Assembly (NCBI GenBank): GCA_031264825.1
Contig: JAISDL010000035.1
Span: 1 to 40,059 of the forward strand
Reading direction: 5' to 3'
DNA: 40,059 nucleotides
DNA from: Accumulibacter sp.
GTDB taxonomy: Bacteria; Pseudomonadota; Gammaproteobacteria; Burkholderiales; Rhodocyclaceae
The position numbers and the translations under genes were made by a program. Below the pieces are notes generated by a model that worked only from the letters and a program-made list of their open reading frames with translations, made no database searches and had not been told where the DNA came from. Within the stretch, counting starts at the first letter, position 1, and every line of letters begins with the position of its first letter. Positions 1 to 10,830 of the stretch are shown piece after piece.

Positions 1-642
1 AGCTGCATCTACCCCCGGCTCGCCCCCCAGCCGATGCGCGAAGACGCGCTGCTGACCGGGACGCTCGAACCGACGAACGAAGCGTACGCGATCGCCAAGA
101 TCGCCGGGATCAAACTGTGCGAAAGCTATAATCGCCAGTACGGCGTCGACTACCGGAGCGTGATGCCGACCAATCTGTACGGCCCCGGAGACAACTACCA
201 TCCGCTCGATTCGCACGTCATCCCCGCGCTGCTCCGGCGTTTCCACGAGGCCAAGACCGCCGGCGCGCCCGAAGTGACGATCTGGGGAACCGGGAAGCCG
301 AAGCGCGAATTTCTTTACGTCGACGACATGGCGCGCGCCTGCGTCTACCTCATGAACCTCGACAAGTCGTTCTACGACAGCCAGACGAGTCCCAGGCTCA
401 GCCATATCAATATCGGTTGCGGCGAGGAGGTTTCGATCGCCGAACTCGCGCTCGCCGTTCGGGAAACGGTCGCTTACCGGGGAGAAATCCGCTTCGACCC
501 GTCGCAGCCCGACGGTACGCCGCGTAAACTGATGGATAGCGCCCGTCTCGCCCGCCTCGGCTGGCGTCCGGCAGTTCCGTTGCTCGAGGGCTTGAAGCTG
601 GCTTACGAAGACTTCGTCAAAAATCTGGGCAAGCGTGCCTGA
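1..642 (+). CDS. fcl: GDP-L-fucose synthase, 5'-truncated by the window edge
   Basis: Frame is open from base 1 ([12 protein letters not shown]). Motifs: [12 protein letters not shown] (YxxxK), [37 protein letters not shown]. Confidence 0.95.
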   Translation, partial: SCIYPRLAPQPMREDALLTGTLEPTNEAYAIAKIAGIKLCESYNRQYGVDYRSVMPTNLYGPGDNYHPLDSHVIPALLRRFHEAKTAGAPEVTIWGTGKPKREFLYVDDMARACVYLMNLDKSFYDSQTSPRLSHINIGCGEEVSIAELALAVRETVAYRGEIRFDPSQPDGTPRKLMDSARLARLGWRPAVPLLEGLKLAYEDFVKNLGKRA

Positions 643-652
643 AGGAAAAAAC

Positions 653-1747
653 ATGTCCGAAACCAAAAAAAGCGCTCTCATCACCGGTGTCACGGGTCAG
701 GACGGCGCTTACCTCGCCGAATTCCTCCTCGACCAGGGCTACGTCGTCCACGGCATCAAGCGTCGGACTTCGCTGTTCAACACCGACCGCATCGACCATC
801 TCTACCACGACCGCCACGAAAAAGACGTTCGTTTCTTCCTGCACCACGGAGACCTGACCGACAGTTCGAGCCTGATCCGCATCATTCAGCAGACGCAGCC
901 CGACGAAATCTACAACCTCGCGGCGCAAAGCCACGTCGCCGTCAGTTTCGAGGAGCCCGAATACACGGCCAATTCGGACGCGCTCGGCGCGCTCAGAATC
1001 CTCGAAGCCATCCGCATCTTGGGCCTTGAAAAGAAGACGCGCTTTTATCAGGCGAGCACTTCCGAGCTTTACGGACTCGTCCGCGAAACGCCGCAAAGCG
1101 AGACGACGCCTTTTTATCCGCGCAGCCCCTACGCCGTGGCGAAACTCTACGCGTACTGGATCACGGTCAATTACCGCGAGGCCTACGGGCTTTATGCGTG
1201 CAACGGCATCCTGTTCAATCACGAGAGCCCGTCTCGCGGCGAGACCTTCGTCACGCGAAAGATCACGCGTGCGCTCGCGCGCATCAAGCTCGGCCTTCAG
1301 GATCGCCTCTATCTCGGCAACCTCGACGCGCGGCGCGACTGGGGGCACGCGAAAGATTATGTAAGAATGCAGTGGCTGATGCTGCAACAGGAAAAACCCG
1401 AAGACTTCGTCATCGCGACCGGTGTCCAGTACAGCGTGCGCGACTTCGTCGATGCCGCCGCAAAGGAACTCGAAATGGAGATTTTCTGGCAGGGAGAGGG
1501 CGTCGATGAAAAAGGCAGCCTTGCTTCGGGGAAGTGCGTCGTCGCCGTCGACCCCCGTTACTTTCGCCCGACCGAGGTCGAGACCTTGCTCGGCGACGCG
1601 AGCAAGGCGCGGGAAAAGCTCGGTTGGACGCCTCGGATTTCGTTTTCCGAACTCGTCGCCGAGATGGTTCGGGAAGACCTGAAGTCGGCGCGGCGCGACG
1701 AACTCGTCAAAAACCACGGCTACAAGGCGCTCGAGCGCAATGAGTAG
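653..1747 (+). CDS. gmd: GDP-mannose 4,6-dehydratase
   Basis: Motifs [60 protein letters not shown] at 653 follows an AAGGA RBS. Confidence 0.97.
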   Translation: MSETKKSALITGVTGQDGAYLAEFLLDQGYVVHGIKRRTSLFNTDRIDHLYHDRHEKDVRFFLHHGDLTDSSSLIRIIQQTQPDEIYNLAAQSHVAVSFEEPEYTANSDALGALRILEAIRILGLEKKTRFYQASTSELYGLVRETPQSETTPFYPRSPYAVAKLYAYWITVNYREAYGLYACNGILFNHESPSRGETFVTRKITRALARIKLGLQDRLYLGNLDARRDWGHAKDYVRMQWLMLQQEKPEDFVIATGVQYSVRDFVDAAAKELEMEIFWQGEGVDEKGSLASGKCVVAVDPRYFRPTEVETLLGDASKAREKLGWTPRISFSELVAEMVREDLKSARRDELVKNHGYKALERNE

Positions 1748-1752
1748 CGCTC

Positions 1753-1854
1753 ATTCCATTTCCAGTCCATCCCTACCTTTGTCGACTCGCCTTGCCGTAC
1801 TACCTGTACTGTCTGCGGCTCGTCTTCTCGGTATGAATGAACTGGAAAAGGAAT
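1753..1854. mobile_element. Palindromic MITE/REP-like element, about 100 bp
   Basis: 25-bp imperfect inverted arms at 1753-1777 and 1830-1854 (21/25 match) surround the core CCTTGCCGTACTACCTGTACTGTCTGCGG. A degenerate partial copy lies at 23089-23131. Confidence 0.7.
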
Positions 1855-1920
1855 CACAGGCGTTCCGCGTGAAAGCGCGGCGCGAGAGGCTGAAACGGAC
1901 ATTCGGAGGAGCGGTCGTTC

Positions 1921-2865
1921 ATGGATAAGGTTCTGGTGACGGGGGGCGCGGGCTTTTTGGGTTCGCATCTGTGCGAGCGGCTCGTTTCGGAAGGCGCGGA
2001 CGTTCTCTGCGTCGACAACTTTTTCACCGGGAGCAAACGCAACGTTCATGCCCTGATCGAGGAGACGCGCTTCGAACTCCTGCGTCACGACGTGACCTTC
2101 CCGCTCTACGTCGAGGTCGACCGCATTTTCAATCTGGCGTGCCCCGCGAGCCCCGTGCATTACCAGTTCGACCCGGTGCAGACGACGAAGACGAGCGTCC
2201 ACGGGGCGATCAATATGCTCGGCCTCGCCAAGAGGACGCGCGCGCGCATCCTCCAGGCTTCGACGAGCGAAGTCTATGGCGACCCCGACGTCCACCCTCA
2301 GCCCGAAACCTATCTCGGCCGCGTCAACCCCATCGGGATAAGAAGCTGTTACGACGAGGGAAAACGCTGCGCGGAGACGCTGTTCTTCGACTACCACCGC
2401 CAGCATCGCATGGAGATCAAGGTCGTGCGCATCTTCAATACCTACGGCCCGCGCATGCACCCGAACGACGGCCGCGTCGTCAGCAACTTCATCGTCCAGG
2501 CGCTCAGGAACGAGGCGCTCACGATCTACGGCGACGGGCGCCAGACGCGGAGTTTTTGTTACGTCGACGACCTGATCGACGGGATGCTGCGGATGATGGA
2601 AAGTCCCGCCGAATTCGTCGGTCCGGTCAATCTTGGGAACCCGGTCGAATTCACGATGATCGAACTCGCCGAGACGGTCCTGCGCCTCGTCGGCGGCAAG
2701 TCGAAACTCGTTTTTCTCCCGCTCCCGCAGGACGACCCCCGGCAGCGCAAACCCGACATCGCGCTGGCGGAATCCGAACTGCGGTGGACGCCCAAAGTGA
2801 CGCTCGAAGACGGCCTGAAAGAAACCATTGCGTATTTTCGAAAAACATTGAATGTGGCGGCTTAA
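1921..2865 (+). CDS. uxs: UDP-glucuronic acid decarboxylase (UDP-xylose synthase)
   Basis: Motifs [74 protein letters not shown]. Confidence 0.93.
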   Translation: MDKVLVTGGAGFLGSHLCERLVSEGADVLCVDNFFTGSKRNVHALIEETRFELLRHDVTFPLYVEVDRIFNLACPASPVHYQFDPVQTTKTSVHGAINMLGLAKRTRARILQASTSEVYGDPDVHPQPETYLGRVNPIGIRSCYDEGKRCAETLFFDYHRQHRMEIKVVRIFNTYGPRMHPNDGRVVSNFIVQALRNEALTIYGDGRQTRSFCYVDDLIDGMLRMMESPAEFVGPVNLGNPVEFTMIELAETVLRLVGGKSKLVFLPLPQDDPRQRKPDIALAESELRWTPKVTLEDGLKETIAYFRKTLNVAA

Positions 2866-3766
2866 AACTCCGGTTGCTTTTTTCATCTTCAACCGTCCTG
2901 AAACGACGGCGCGCGTTTTCGCCGAAATCGCGCGCGCGAAGCCGTCCCGGCTCTTCGTCGTCGCCGACGGCCCGCGCACCGACCGTCCCGGCGAGGCCGA
3001 GCGCTGCGCCGAGGCAAGGGCTGTCGTCGAAAAGCTCGATTGGGAATGCGAGGTTTCGACGAATTATTCCGAGAGCAATCTGGGCTGCAAGGAGCGCGTC
3101 TCGAGCGGGATCGACTGGGTCTTCGAGCACGCGCCCGAGGCGATCATCCTCGAAGACGACTGTCTGCCGCATCCGAGTTTTTTCCGCTTTTGCGACGAAA
3201 TGCTCGAATGCTACCGCGACGACGCGCGCGTCGGAATGATCAACGGCTGCAATTTCCAGTTTGGTCGCGCCCACGTGGACGCGAGCTATCATTTCTCGCG
3301 CTGCGTCCACGTCTGGGGGTGGGCTACGTGGCGCAGGGCGTGGCGCTTTTACGACAAAAACGCGACCGCGTGGCCGTTGCTGCGCCAAAACGACCGCCTC
3401 GCGCACGTCTTTCCTCGCGTGTCCGACTATCGGCACTGGAAAAAGATATTCGACCGCGTCCATCGCGGCGAAATCGACACTTGGGATTATCAGTGGAATT
3501 TGAGCTTGTGGAGCCAGAGCCTGCTGTGCGTCGCGCCGGACGTGAATCTGGTTTCGAACATCGGGTTCGGGAAAGACGCGACGCACACGAAAATCGGAGG
3601 AATCACCTCCGACATGGCGGTCGAGGCGATGCGCTTTCCGCTTGAACACCCCGCTTTTGTCCTGACCGACGGCGACGCCGAGCTTTTTGAAATGCGTCAC
3701 GTTTCTCCGACCTCGCCGGTGTGCCGCGCTCTGTGCAAGCTGCGCGGTCTGATTGTTCGAGGATAA
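2852..3766 (+). CDS. GT-A fold glycosyltransferase (HlpA-like nucleotide-diphospho-sugar transferase)
   Basis: Motifs [52 protein letters not shown]. Confidence 0.85.
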   Translation: MWRLKTPVAFFIFNRPETTARVFAEIARAKPSRLFVVADGPRTDRPGEAERCAEARAVVEKLDWECEVSTNYSESNLGCKERVSSGIDWVFEHAPEAIILEDDCLPHPSFFRFCDEMLECYRDDARVGMINGCNFQFGRAHVDASYHFSRCVHVWGWATWRRAWRFYDKNATAWPLLRQNDRLAHVFPRVSDYRHWKKIFDRVHRGEIDTWDYQWNLSLWSQSLLCVAPDVNLVSNIGFGKDATHTKIGGITSDMAVEAMRFPLEHPAFVLTDGDAELFEMRHVSPTSPVCRALCKLRGLIVRG

Positions 3767-3775
3767 GCGCTTCGA

Positions 3776-4588
3776 ATGCCGAAATGCCCGATCTGCTCCA
3801 GCGAGACGCGCGCGAGTTTCTCCGCGCGTCTGCTGAAAAAATACACGGTCGCCTATCGCCATTGCCCCGTGTGCGGCTTATTGCGGACCGAGACGCCTTT
3901 CTGGCTCGACGAGGCGTATCGAAGCGCGATCGACGTTTCAGACACCGGAGTCGTCTTGCGCAATCTGGCGCTCGCCTCCAGGCTCGCGGTGCTTCTTGCC
4001 CTGAATTTCGACCCCAGGGGCGCGTATCTCGACGTGGCGGGCGGTTACGGAATGCTGACGCGCTTGATGCGCGACTGCGGATTCGATTATTACTGGGACG
4101 ACAAGTATTGCGAGAACCTTTTCGCGCGCGGCTTCGAGGCGAATTTGACCGGCGCGCCTTTTTCGGCTTTGTCGGCGTTTGAAGTCCTCGAGCACCTTCA
4201 CGACCCGCTCGCTTTCATTTCGGAGAATTTCAGCGAGCACGGATGCCGTACGCTGATATTCACCACCGAATTGTATCGAGGTGAAAAGCCGCCGAGCGCC
4301 GATTGGTGGTATTACGCTTTCGATTCGGGCCAGCACATTTCTTTTTACAAGAGGGAGACGCTCGAAAAACTCGCCGAGCGGCTCGGTTTGGATTTTTATT
4401 CGCTCCGTGGTCTTCACGTCCTGACCGACCGGAAGCTGCGTTTTCGGCGGCTGTCGCATTGCGCGATGGGATGCCTTGCGCCGGTCTTCCTGATGCTGAT
4501 CCGCAAAAAACTGGGGTCGCTGACGCAAGCCGACCGGCTGAAAGTGATCGGGCGCGCCGAATCCGAAGGCGCGCCGACGTCGCCATGA
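3776..4588 (+). CDS. Class I SAM-dependent methyltransferase with N-terminal CxxC...CxxC
   Basis: CPIC and CPVC pairs, SAM motif YLDVAGGYG, FEVLEH, WWYY, GQHISFY; lies in the polysaccharide cluster. Confidence 0.85.
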   Translation: MPKCPICSSETRASFSARLLKKYTVAYRHCPVCGLLRTETPFWLDEAYRSAIDVSDTGVVLRNLALASRLAVLLALNFDPRGAYLDVAGGYGMLTRLMRDCGFDYYWDDKYCENLFARGFEANLTGAPFSALSAFEVLEHLHDPLAFISENFSEHGCRTLIFTTELYRGEKPPSADWWYYAFDSGQHISFYKRETLEKLAERLGLDFYSLRGLHVLTDRKLRFRRLSHCAMGCLAPVFLMLIRKKLGSLTQADRLKVIGRAESEGAPTSP

Positions 4589-5775
4589 TCCCTCAACTGA
4601 GAAACCGGGTCAAACAGGCGTTCAAGCTGCTTTTCTGCCTCGTTTGCGGACTCTTCGATTCCCTGGCCTTGATGGAGCGCCCCACACGGGGAAAGAGCGT
4701 CGTCGTCGTCCGAACCGACGCGATCGGCGATTTCATCCTCTGGCTGCCCTACGCGAAAAGGCTTTACGCCGAATTGCGCCGCCACCACGAAAAAGTCATT
4801 CTCGTGTGCAACGCCGCGGTGAGCGAACTCGCGCGCGAAGAACTTCCCGTGGAAATCTTTCCGATCGAGCGAAAGCGTTTTCAGTTCGACCCGGCGTACC
4901 GCTTTCGTACCTTGCGCGCGTTGCGCCTTCTCGGCGCCGCGCTGACCTGGCATCCGGTCGTCTCCAGGGATTCGATCGTCGGCGACCCGATCGTCCGTGC
5001 GTGCGGCGCGTACGCCTACGGCTTTGCGGGCGGTGCCAAAAACCAGACTTATCTCGAGCGTCGCCTCGGAGATCGCTTTTACGGCGCGCTCCTTCCGGTG
5101 GGCGACGCCAATCTCCACGAAGCGGCCGCTCACGAAGCCTTTCTCGCGTGGGCTTTGAAGGACGCGCGCGCGCCGACGGAGAAATTCGTTTTTCAGCTTC
5201 CGAAAAAGGCGAAGGCGGCGTCTCCGTATTGGATACTCGCCCCCGGTGCGGGGAAGAACGAGCGCGTCTGGTCCGCGAACGGTTTTTCGCTCGTGATCAA
5301 AAAAATCGCCCGGGATTTCCCCGGTCTGCGCGTAAAGCTTCTCGGTTCGGCGTCGGAATGGACGCTCTGCCAGGAGATTCTCGACGCTTCGGGTTTGCCT
5401 GGAGAAAACCTCGCGGGACAGACCGGCTTGACGCAAATGATGAGAATCGTCGGCGGCGCGTGTTTTCTCGTCGGGAACGAATCCGCGGCGATCCACGCGG
5501 CGGCGCTGCTTCGGATTCCTTCGGTCTGCATCGCCGGAGGCGGTCATTTCGGTCGCTTCGTGCCCTACGCGCCCGAACCGCACGTCGAACGCAAGGCGCC
5601 GGAGATGGTATTCAGGGAAATGGAATGCACCGGGTGCGGCTGGCAGTGCCGCTTCCCCCGCGACGTGTCGGGCGCCGCGCCTTGCGTCGCGCTGATCAGC
5701 GTCGAAGAAGTCTGGTCGGCGGTAGAGCAGATGCTCGACGAATTCTGGCGCGAACGGGATGCGCACCGTGCGTGA
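4585..5775 (+). CDS. Glycosyltransferase family 9 (heptosyltransferase-like)
   Basis: Motifs RTDAIGDFIL, ILAPGAG, NLAGQTGL, VGNESAAIHAAA and a C-terminal CxxCxWxC. ATGA overlap with the upstream gene. Confidence 0.85.
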   Translation: MIPQLRNRVKQAFKLLFCLVCGLFDSLALMERPTRGKSVVVVRTDAIGDFILWLPYAKRLYAELRRHHEKVILVCNAAVSELAREELPVEIFPIERKRFQFDPAYRFRTLRALRLLGAALTWHPVVSRDSIVGDPIVRACGAYAYGFAGGAKNQTYLERRLGDRFYGALLPVGDANLHEAAAHEAFLAWALKDARAPTEKFVFQLPKKAKAASPYWILAPGAGKNERVWSANGFSLVIKKIARDFPGLRVKLLGSASEWTLCQEILDASGLPGENLAGQTGLTQMMRIVGGACFLVGNESAAIHAAALLRIPSVCIAGGGHFGRFVPYAPEPHVERKAPEMVFREMECTGCGWQCRFPRDVSGAAPCVALISVEEVWSAVEQMLDEFWRERDAHRA

Positions 5776-6571
5776 ATCGCGTAGCGACTGTCCAAAGATC
5801 AGCGTCGTCACGCCGAGTTTCAATCAGGGCGCCTTCCTGGAACGGACGATCGATTCCGTCCTCTCCCAGAATTACCCGAATCTCGAATACATCGTCATCG
5901 ACGGAGGTTCGACCGACGGCAGCGTCGGAATCCTCCGAAAGTACGCCGCGCATCTCGCGTACTGGGTCAGCGAGCCGGACCGCGGACAGGCGCACGCGAT
6001 CAACAAGGGTTTACAGCGCGCGACCGGAGATTGGGTCGCGTGGCAGAATTCCGACGACGTCTTTTACCCCGGCGCGTTCGAGAGCCTCGCGCGCGCGGCG
6101 AGGAAATACGAGGACGCCGCGCTGATCATCGGCAACATGAATCTCATCGACGCCGACGACCGCCTGATCCGCGACATGAAATATGTGACGCCGACCTGCG
6201 ACGCGCTGCGCGCCGAGGGGATGGTGCTGACGAATCAAGCGGCGTTCTGGCGGCGAAGCCTCCACGCCGAATTGGGATTTCTCGATGAAGAACTCGATTA
6301 CGGCTTCGATTACGACTGGTTTCTCCGCGTATTGCGCCAAGGGAAAGGCGCGCACGTCGACCGCACATGGGGGGGCTTGCGTCTCCACGGCGCGACGAAA
6401 ACGCATCGCCACCAGGCCGAATTCGACGAAGAATACCGCCGGGTACTCGCCGGATGCGAGGTTTCCGCCGCGTGTCGGCGTTACCATCAAGCGCGCCGCC
6501 TTGCCCTGATGATCGCTCAGGGGAATTTCGGCTACGTTCTGCGCGGCCTCGCGCGGCGATTGAACTCGTGA
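5759..6571 (+). CDS. Glycosyltransferase family 2
   Basis: Motifs ISVVTPSFNQG, IDGGSTDGS, SEPDRGQAHAINKG, WQNSDD. Confidence 0.92.
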   Translation: MRTVRESRSDCPKISVVTPSFNQGAFLERTIDSVLSQNYPNLEYIVIDGGSTDGSVGILRKYAAHLAYWVSEPDRGQAHAINKGLQRATGDWVAWQNSDDVFYPGAFESLARAARKYEDAALIIGNMNLIDADDRLIRDMKYVTPTCDALRAEGMVLTNQAAFWRRSLHAELGFLDEELDYGFDYDWFLRVLRQGKGAHVDRTWGGLRLHGATKTHRHQAEFDEEYRRVLAGCEVSAACRRYHQARRLALMIAQGNFGYVLRGLARRLNS

Positions 6572-6575
6572 AAAC

Positions 6576-7328
6576 ATGCTGAAAATCACCGTCGTCACCG
6601 TCTCGTTCAACGCCGTTCGCACGATCGGGCGGACGCTCGACTCGGTCGCCGCGCAGGACTACCCGGCAATAGAGCATATCGTCGTCGACGGCGCTTCGAC
6701 CGACGGAACGCTCGGCGTCGTCGAGAGCCGTGAAAAAAATCTCGCGCGCTTCGTGTCCGAACCCGACCGGGGAATCTACGACGCGATGAACAAGGGATTG
6801 GACCTTGCGACCGGGGATATCGTCTGTTTTTTGAACGCCGACGATTTCTACGCGACGCCGCAAGTCCTCGGCCGCGTCGCGGACAAGCTCGAAAGTCTCG
6901 GCGTAGACGCGCTCATCGGCGATCTCGCTTACTTTTCTCCCGACGCCCCCGATCGCGTCGTTCGCCGTTTCAATTCGGGGCGCTTCAGCCCCGAACGTCT
7001 GGCCTACGGCTGGATGCCCGCGCACGCGGCGTTTTTTATGAAACGCGAGATTTACGAGCGCGTCGGGCGCTTCAAGATCGATTATCGAATCGCGGGCGAC
7101 TTCGAATTCATCGCGCGCGCGTTTTCGAAAGAAAGCATTCGCTATTGCTATTTTCCCGAAATACTCGTCAAAATGCAGTTGGGCGGAATCAGCAACGCCG
7201 GACTTGGTGCGAGGCTTTTGTCGAACCGCGAGATTCTGCGCGCGTGCCGCGAAAACGGGCTTGAAACCGGCGTATGGAAGCTGTCCCTGCGCTACCCCAT
7301 AAAACTGCTCGAGTTGCTCAAGCGATGA
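6576..7328 (+). CDS. Glycosyltransferase family 2 (WcaE-like)
   Basis: Motifs VVDGASTDGT, SEPDRGIYDAMNKG, FLNADD, GWMPAH, YRIAGDFE. Confidence 0.92.
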   Translation: MLKITVVTVSFNAVRTIGRTLDSVAAQDYPAIEHIVVDGASTDGTLGVVESREKNLARFVSEPDRGIYDAMNKGLDLATGDIVCFLNADDFYATPQVLGRVADKLESLGVDALIGDLAYFSPDAPDRVVRRFNSGRFSPERLAYGWMPAHAAFFMKREIYERVGRFKIDYRIAGDFEFIARAFSKESIRYCYFPEILVKMQLGGISNAGLGARLLSNREILRACRENGLETGVWKLSLRYPIKLLELLKR

Positions 7329-8281
7329 CGACTTTGATCACAGGCTCAACCGGCTTCATCGGCCGTCGACTCGCGCGCGCCGGCGACAGGCGTCTCGTGA
7401 GGCGCCGGGTCGGGAGTGTCGTGGATCCTGGAGAGGTCGTCGGCGACTTGCTCGACCGGGATTCGCTTGAAGCGGCGTGCGACGGCGTCGAGACGGTTTT
7501 TCACTGTGCCGCTTACGTACACGTTCTTCTGTCCGCCGACCCCGACCTCCAGTGGAAGGTCAACTACGAGGGAACGCGCAAACTCGTTGACGCCGCCGGA
7601 AGGGCGGGTGTGGCGCGTTTCGTCTTTCTTTCCAGCGTCGCCGCGATGGCGCGCCCCGGGGACGCCTGCGTCGATGAGGACCATCCCGGCGAACCCGTTT
7701 CACCTTATGGCAAGGCCAAGCGCGCGTCCGAAGACGCCGTCCTGGAGGCAGGCGCGAAATACGCGATGCACGTCGTCAACCTGCGCCTGACCCTCGTCTA
7801 CGGAAAGGGCGCGCCGGGAAACATGGCGCACATGGTGCGGGGAATCCGCGCGGGATGGCTCCCGCCTCTGCCCGAAACGAAGAACCGGCGTTCGATCGTC
7901 CATGTTTCGGATGTCGTCTCGGCGATGCGCTTCGTTTCCGAAGACGCGCGCGCGAACGGCCGGACCTACATCGTCGCGGACCCGCGTCCGTATTCGGGGC
8001 GCGAAATTTATGACGCGCTGCGAAAGGCCCTGCGGATGCCGCCGGCGCGCTGGCGTATTCCGGCGGGACTCTTTCGCGCGTGCGGGCGTTTCGCTGACGC
8101 GCTCGTCGCCGTCTCGGGGAGAAGCTTGCCCAAGCCGTCCGAACTCGTTTCCCGCTTTCTCGACTCGGCGTGCTATTCGCCCGACCGCATCAAAAGAGAA
8201 CTCGGCTGGTCCGCGCAAACCACGCTCGAAGACGGTCTGCGCGAGATGCTGTCGGAGGGGGCACACGCCGCGCTACGATGA
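7325..8281 (+). CDS. NAD-dependent epimerase/dehydratase (probable 4-keto-6-deoxy-HexNAc reductase, WbpV/WbpK-like)
   Basis: Motifs LITGSTGFIG, FHCAA, FLSSV, PYGKAK (YxxxK), NRRSIVHV. ATGA overlap. Confidence 0.85.
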   Translation: MTTLITGSTGFIGRRLARAGDRRLVRRRVGSVVDPGEVVGDLLDRDSLEAACDGVETVFHCAAYVHVLLSADPDLQWKVNYEGTRKLVDAAGRAGVARFVFLSSVAAMARPGDACVDEDHPGEPVSPYGKAKRASEDAVLEAGAKYAMHVVNLRLTLVYGKGAPGNMAHMVRGIRAGWLPPLPETKNRRSIVHVSDVVSAMRFVSEDARANGRTYIVADPRPYSGREIYDALRKALRMPPARWRIPAGLFRACGRFADALVAVSGRSLPKPSELVSRFLDSACYSPDRIKRELGWSAQTTLEDGLREMLSEGAHAALR

Positions 8282-8838
8282 AACGAGTGTTCGACGTTCT
8301 CCTCGCGGTCACGGCAAGCCTGATTCTCGCCGTTCCGCTCCTTTTCATCGCGTTTTTGATCCGCCTGACTTCCGAAGGCCCCGTCCTTTATTGGTCCGAC
8401 CGGGTCGGAAAAAACAACCGGATTTTTCGGATGCCGAAGTTCCGCAGCATGCGCGTCGGCACGCCGGCCGTCGCGACGCACCTTTTGACCGACGCCGAGG
8501 CGCGCTTGACGCCCGTTGGTTCTTTTCTCAGGAGGTCGAGCCTCGACGAGCTTCCCCAGCTCTGGAGCATCCTGAAAGGCGACATGAGTTTCGTCGGCCC
8601 GCGTCCCGCGCTCTTCAACCAGGACGACCTCATCGCGCTTCGTACCGAGCGCGGCATCGACCGATTGCTCCCCGGGCTGACGGGGTACGCGCAGATCAAC
8701 GGACGCGATGAATTGCCGATCCCGCAAAAGGTCGAACTCGACGCCGAATACACGCGGCGCCGCTCGTTCCGCTTCGATTTGCTGATCCTCTGGCTGACTT
8801 TCCTGAAAGTCCTCCGCCAGGACGGCGTAAGGCATTAG
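8278..8838 (+). CDS. Monotopic phosphoglycosyl transferase (bacterial sugar transferase)
   Basis: Motifs KRVFD, KFRSM, SLDELPQL, GDMSFVGPRP, PGLTGYAQINGR. Confidence 0.93.
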   Translation: MKRVFDVLLAVTASLILAVPLLFIAFLIRLTSEGPVLYWSDRVGKNNRIFRMPKFRSMRVGTPAVATHLLTDAEARLTPVGSFLRRSSLDELPQLWSILKGDMSFVGPRPALFNQDDLIALRTERGIDRLLPGLTGYAQINGRDELPIPQKVELDAEYTRRRSFRFDLLILWLTFLKVLRQDGVRH

Positions 8839-8847
8839 CGGGCGTCC

Positions 8848-10812
8848 ATGTTTCTGAATTCTCTCATCGACCCCGTCCTCGCGCTGCCGCGCTTCGTCAA
8901 GCGCCTCGTCGTCCTCGCCGTCGATACGAGTCTGTGCGTCTTCTGCGTCTGGCTCGCGTTCTACTTGCGCATCGGAGAATTCGTTTTCCTCTCGGGCGGC
9001 GCGCTGCGCGCCGCGCTCGTTTCGGTCGCGTTCGCGCTCCCCGTTTTTGCCGCCTCCGGTCTTTACCGCGCGATCTTCCGCTATTCGGGCTGGCCCGCGC
9101 TGATGAGCGTGACGAAGGCGACGCTCATATACGGCCTCGCCTACGCTTTTGTGATGACCGTTTTCGGGATTCCCGAAGTACCGCGCACGGTCGGATTGAT
9201 CCAGCCGATTCTGCTCCTCTTGTTCGTCGGCGCGTCGCGCGCGTTCGCGCGATTCTGGCTCGGAGGTTTTTATCGGAGTCGCGTCGCGGACGCGACCCTC
9301 CCCAGAGCGCTGATCTACGGCGCCGGAGCGGCGGGACGCCAGCTCGCGCTGGCGATGGCGAACGTCCACGAAATGCGCGTCGTTGGCTTCCTCGACGACG
9401 ACGAACGGCTGCACGCGCACACGCTGAACGGCTTGCCGATCTACAACCCGGCCAAACTCGACGCGCTCGTATCCGAATTGCGAATCAGCGACATCCTCCT
9501 CGCGATGCCTTCGGAAAGCCGCCACCGGAGGAACGAAATCCTTTCGAGGATACGGAACGTCAAGGTCTCGGTCCGCACGCTTCCGAGCGTGACGGAACTC
9601 GCGCAGGGAAAAATCAGCGTCTCGGACATTCGAGAACTCGACATCGACGACCTGCTCGGCCGCGAGCCTGTTACGCCGAACCAGGCGCTGCTGGAAAAAA
9701 ATTCGACCGGAAAGGTCATCGTCGTTACCGGCGCGGGAGGGTCGATCGGCAGCGAATTATGCCGTCAGCTCCTCGCGCTCTCGCCTACGCGGCTGCTTCT
9801 CGTCGACCACAGCGAATTCGCGCTCTACGAAATCCATCGCGAACTCGAAAAAAAACGCGAAGCCGCGCCCGGCGACGAGACGAAAGAGATCGTTCCGCTC
9901 TTGGCGTCGGTCGGCGATGCGGCGCGTATGCGCGAAATATTTTCGACCTGGAAGCCCGACATCGTCTACCACGCGGCCGCGTACAAACACGTCCCGCTCG
10001 TCGAACACAACCCTTCCGAAGGCATCCGGAACAACGTTTTCGGTACGCTGACCGCGGCGCTCGCCGCGTGCGAGCGGGAAGTCCCCGACTTTGTACTGAT
10101 CAGCACCGACAAGGCGGTGCGTCCGACCAACGTGATGGGCGCGAGCAAGCGCCTCGCCGAGATGGTCTTGCAGGCGCTCGCGGCGCGGACGCCAAAGACC
10201 CGCTTGACGATGGTACGTTTCGGCAACGTACTCGGGTCGTCGGGTTCGGTCGTCCCGCATTTTCGCCGGCAAATCCGCGAAGGCGGTCCGATCACGCTGA
10301 CGCACACGGAAATCACACGATTTTTCATGACGATCCCCGAAGCGGCGCAGTTGGTCATCCAAGCGGGCGCGATGGCCAAAGGCGGCGACGTCTTCGTGCT
10401 CGACATGGGGAAACCCGTGAAGATATTCGACCTCGCGCGCCATATGATCGAACTTTCGGGACTGACGGTGCGCGACGCGGAGAATCCCGACGGCGATGTC
10501 GCGATCGAAATCACCGGGCTTCGCCCCGGTGAAAAGCTCTACGAGGAGTTGCTGATCGGCGACAACCCCGAAGCGACGGCGCATCCGATGATCATGAAGG
10601 CGCGCGAGGAATTCCTGCCCTGGCCCGTCCTGGAGAAAAAACTCGAGACGCTCGAACACGCCGCCGCGTCAAACGACGCAACCATCATACGCCGTACGCT
10701 CGAAGAGATCGTTTCAGGATACGTGTCGGACGGTGCGATCGTCGATTGGGTCTTCCTGAAGAGGAATCAGGAAGCCGAAAAAACGGAAAAAACGGGAGGC
10801 GGTCGCGGCTGA
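8848..10812 (+). CDS. Membrane-bound UDP-GlcNAc 4,6-dehydratase (CapD/WbpM/PglF family)
   Basis: Four N-terminal hydrophobic segments; motifs IYGAGAAG, VTGAGGSIGSELC, HAAAYKHVP, ISTDKAVRPTNVMGASKR, RFGNVLGSSGSV, GLRPGEKLYEEL. Confidence 0.95.
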   Translation: MFLNSLIDPVLALPRFVKRLVVLAVDTSLCVFCVWLAFYLRIGEFVFLSGGALRAALVSVAFALPVFAASGLYRAIFRYSGWPALMSVTKATLIYGLAYAFVMTVFGIPEVPRTVGLIQPILLLLFVGASRAFARFWLGGFYRSRVADATLPRALIYGAGAAGRQLALAMANVHEMRVVGFLDDDERLHAHTLNGLPIYNPAKLDALVSELRISDILLAMPSESRHRRNEILSRIRNVKVSVRTLPSVTELAQGKISVSDIRELDIDDLLGREPVTPNQALLEKNSTGKVIVVTGAGGSIGSELCRQLLALSPTRLLLVDHSEFALYEIHRELEKKREAAPGDETKEIVPLLASVGDAARMREIFSTWKPDIVYHAAAYKHVPLVEHNPSEGIRNNVFGTLTAALAACEREVPDFVLISTDKAVRPTNVMGASKRLAEMVLQALAARTPKTRLTMVRFGNVLGSSGSVVPHFRRQIREGGPITLTHTEITRFFMTIPEAAQLVIQAGAMAKGGDVFVLDMGKPVKIFDLARHMIELSGLTVRDAENPDGDVAIEITGLRPGEKLYEELLIGDNPEATAHPMIMKAREEFLPWPVLEKKLETLEHAAASNDATIIRRTLEEIVSGYVSDGAIVDWVFLKRNQEAEKTEKTGGGRG

Positions 10813-10830
10813 ACCCGCCGCGCGAGAACG

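Noticed and set aside
1740-1928. 62-aa ORF between gmd and uxs
   Set aside because: It is a translation of the palindromic element with no protein-like features.
617-2979. Long antisense ORFs opposite gmd and uxs, and similar ones throughout
   Set aside because: They are codon-bias mirror frames of conserved genes with no recognisable motifs.
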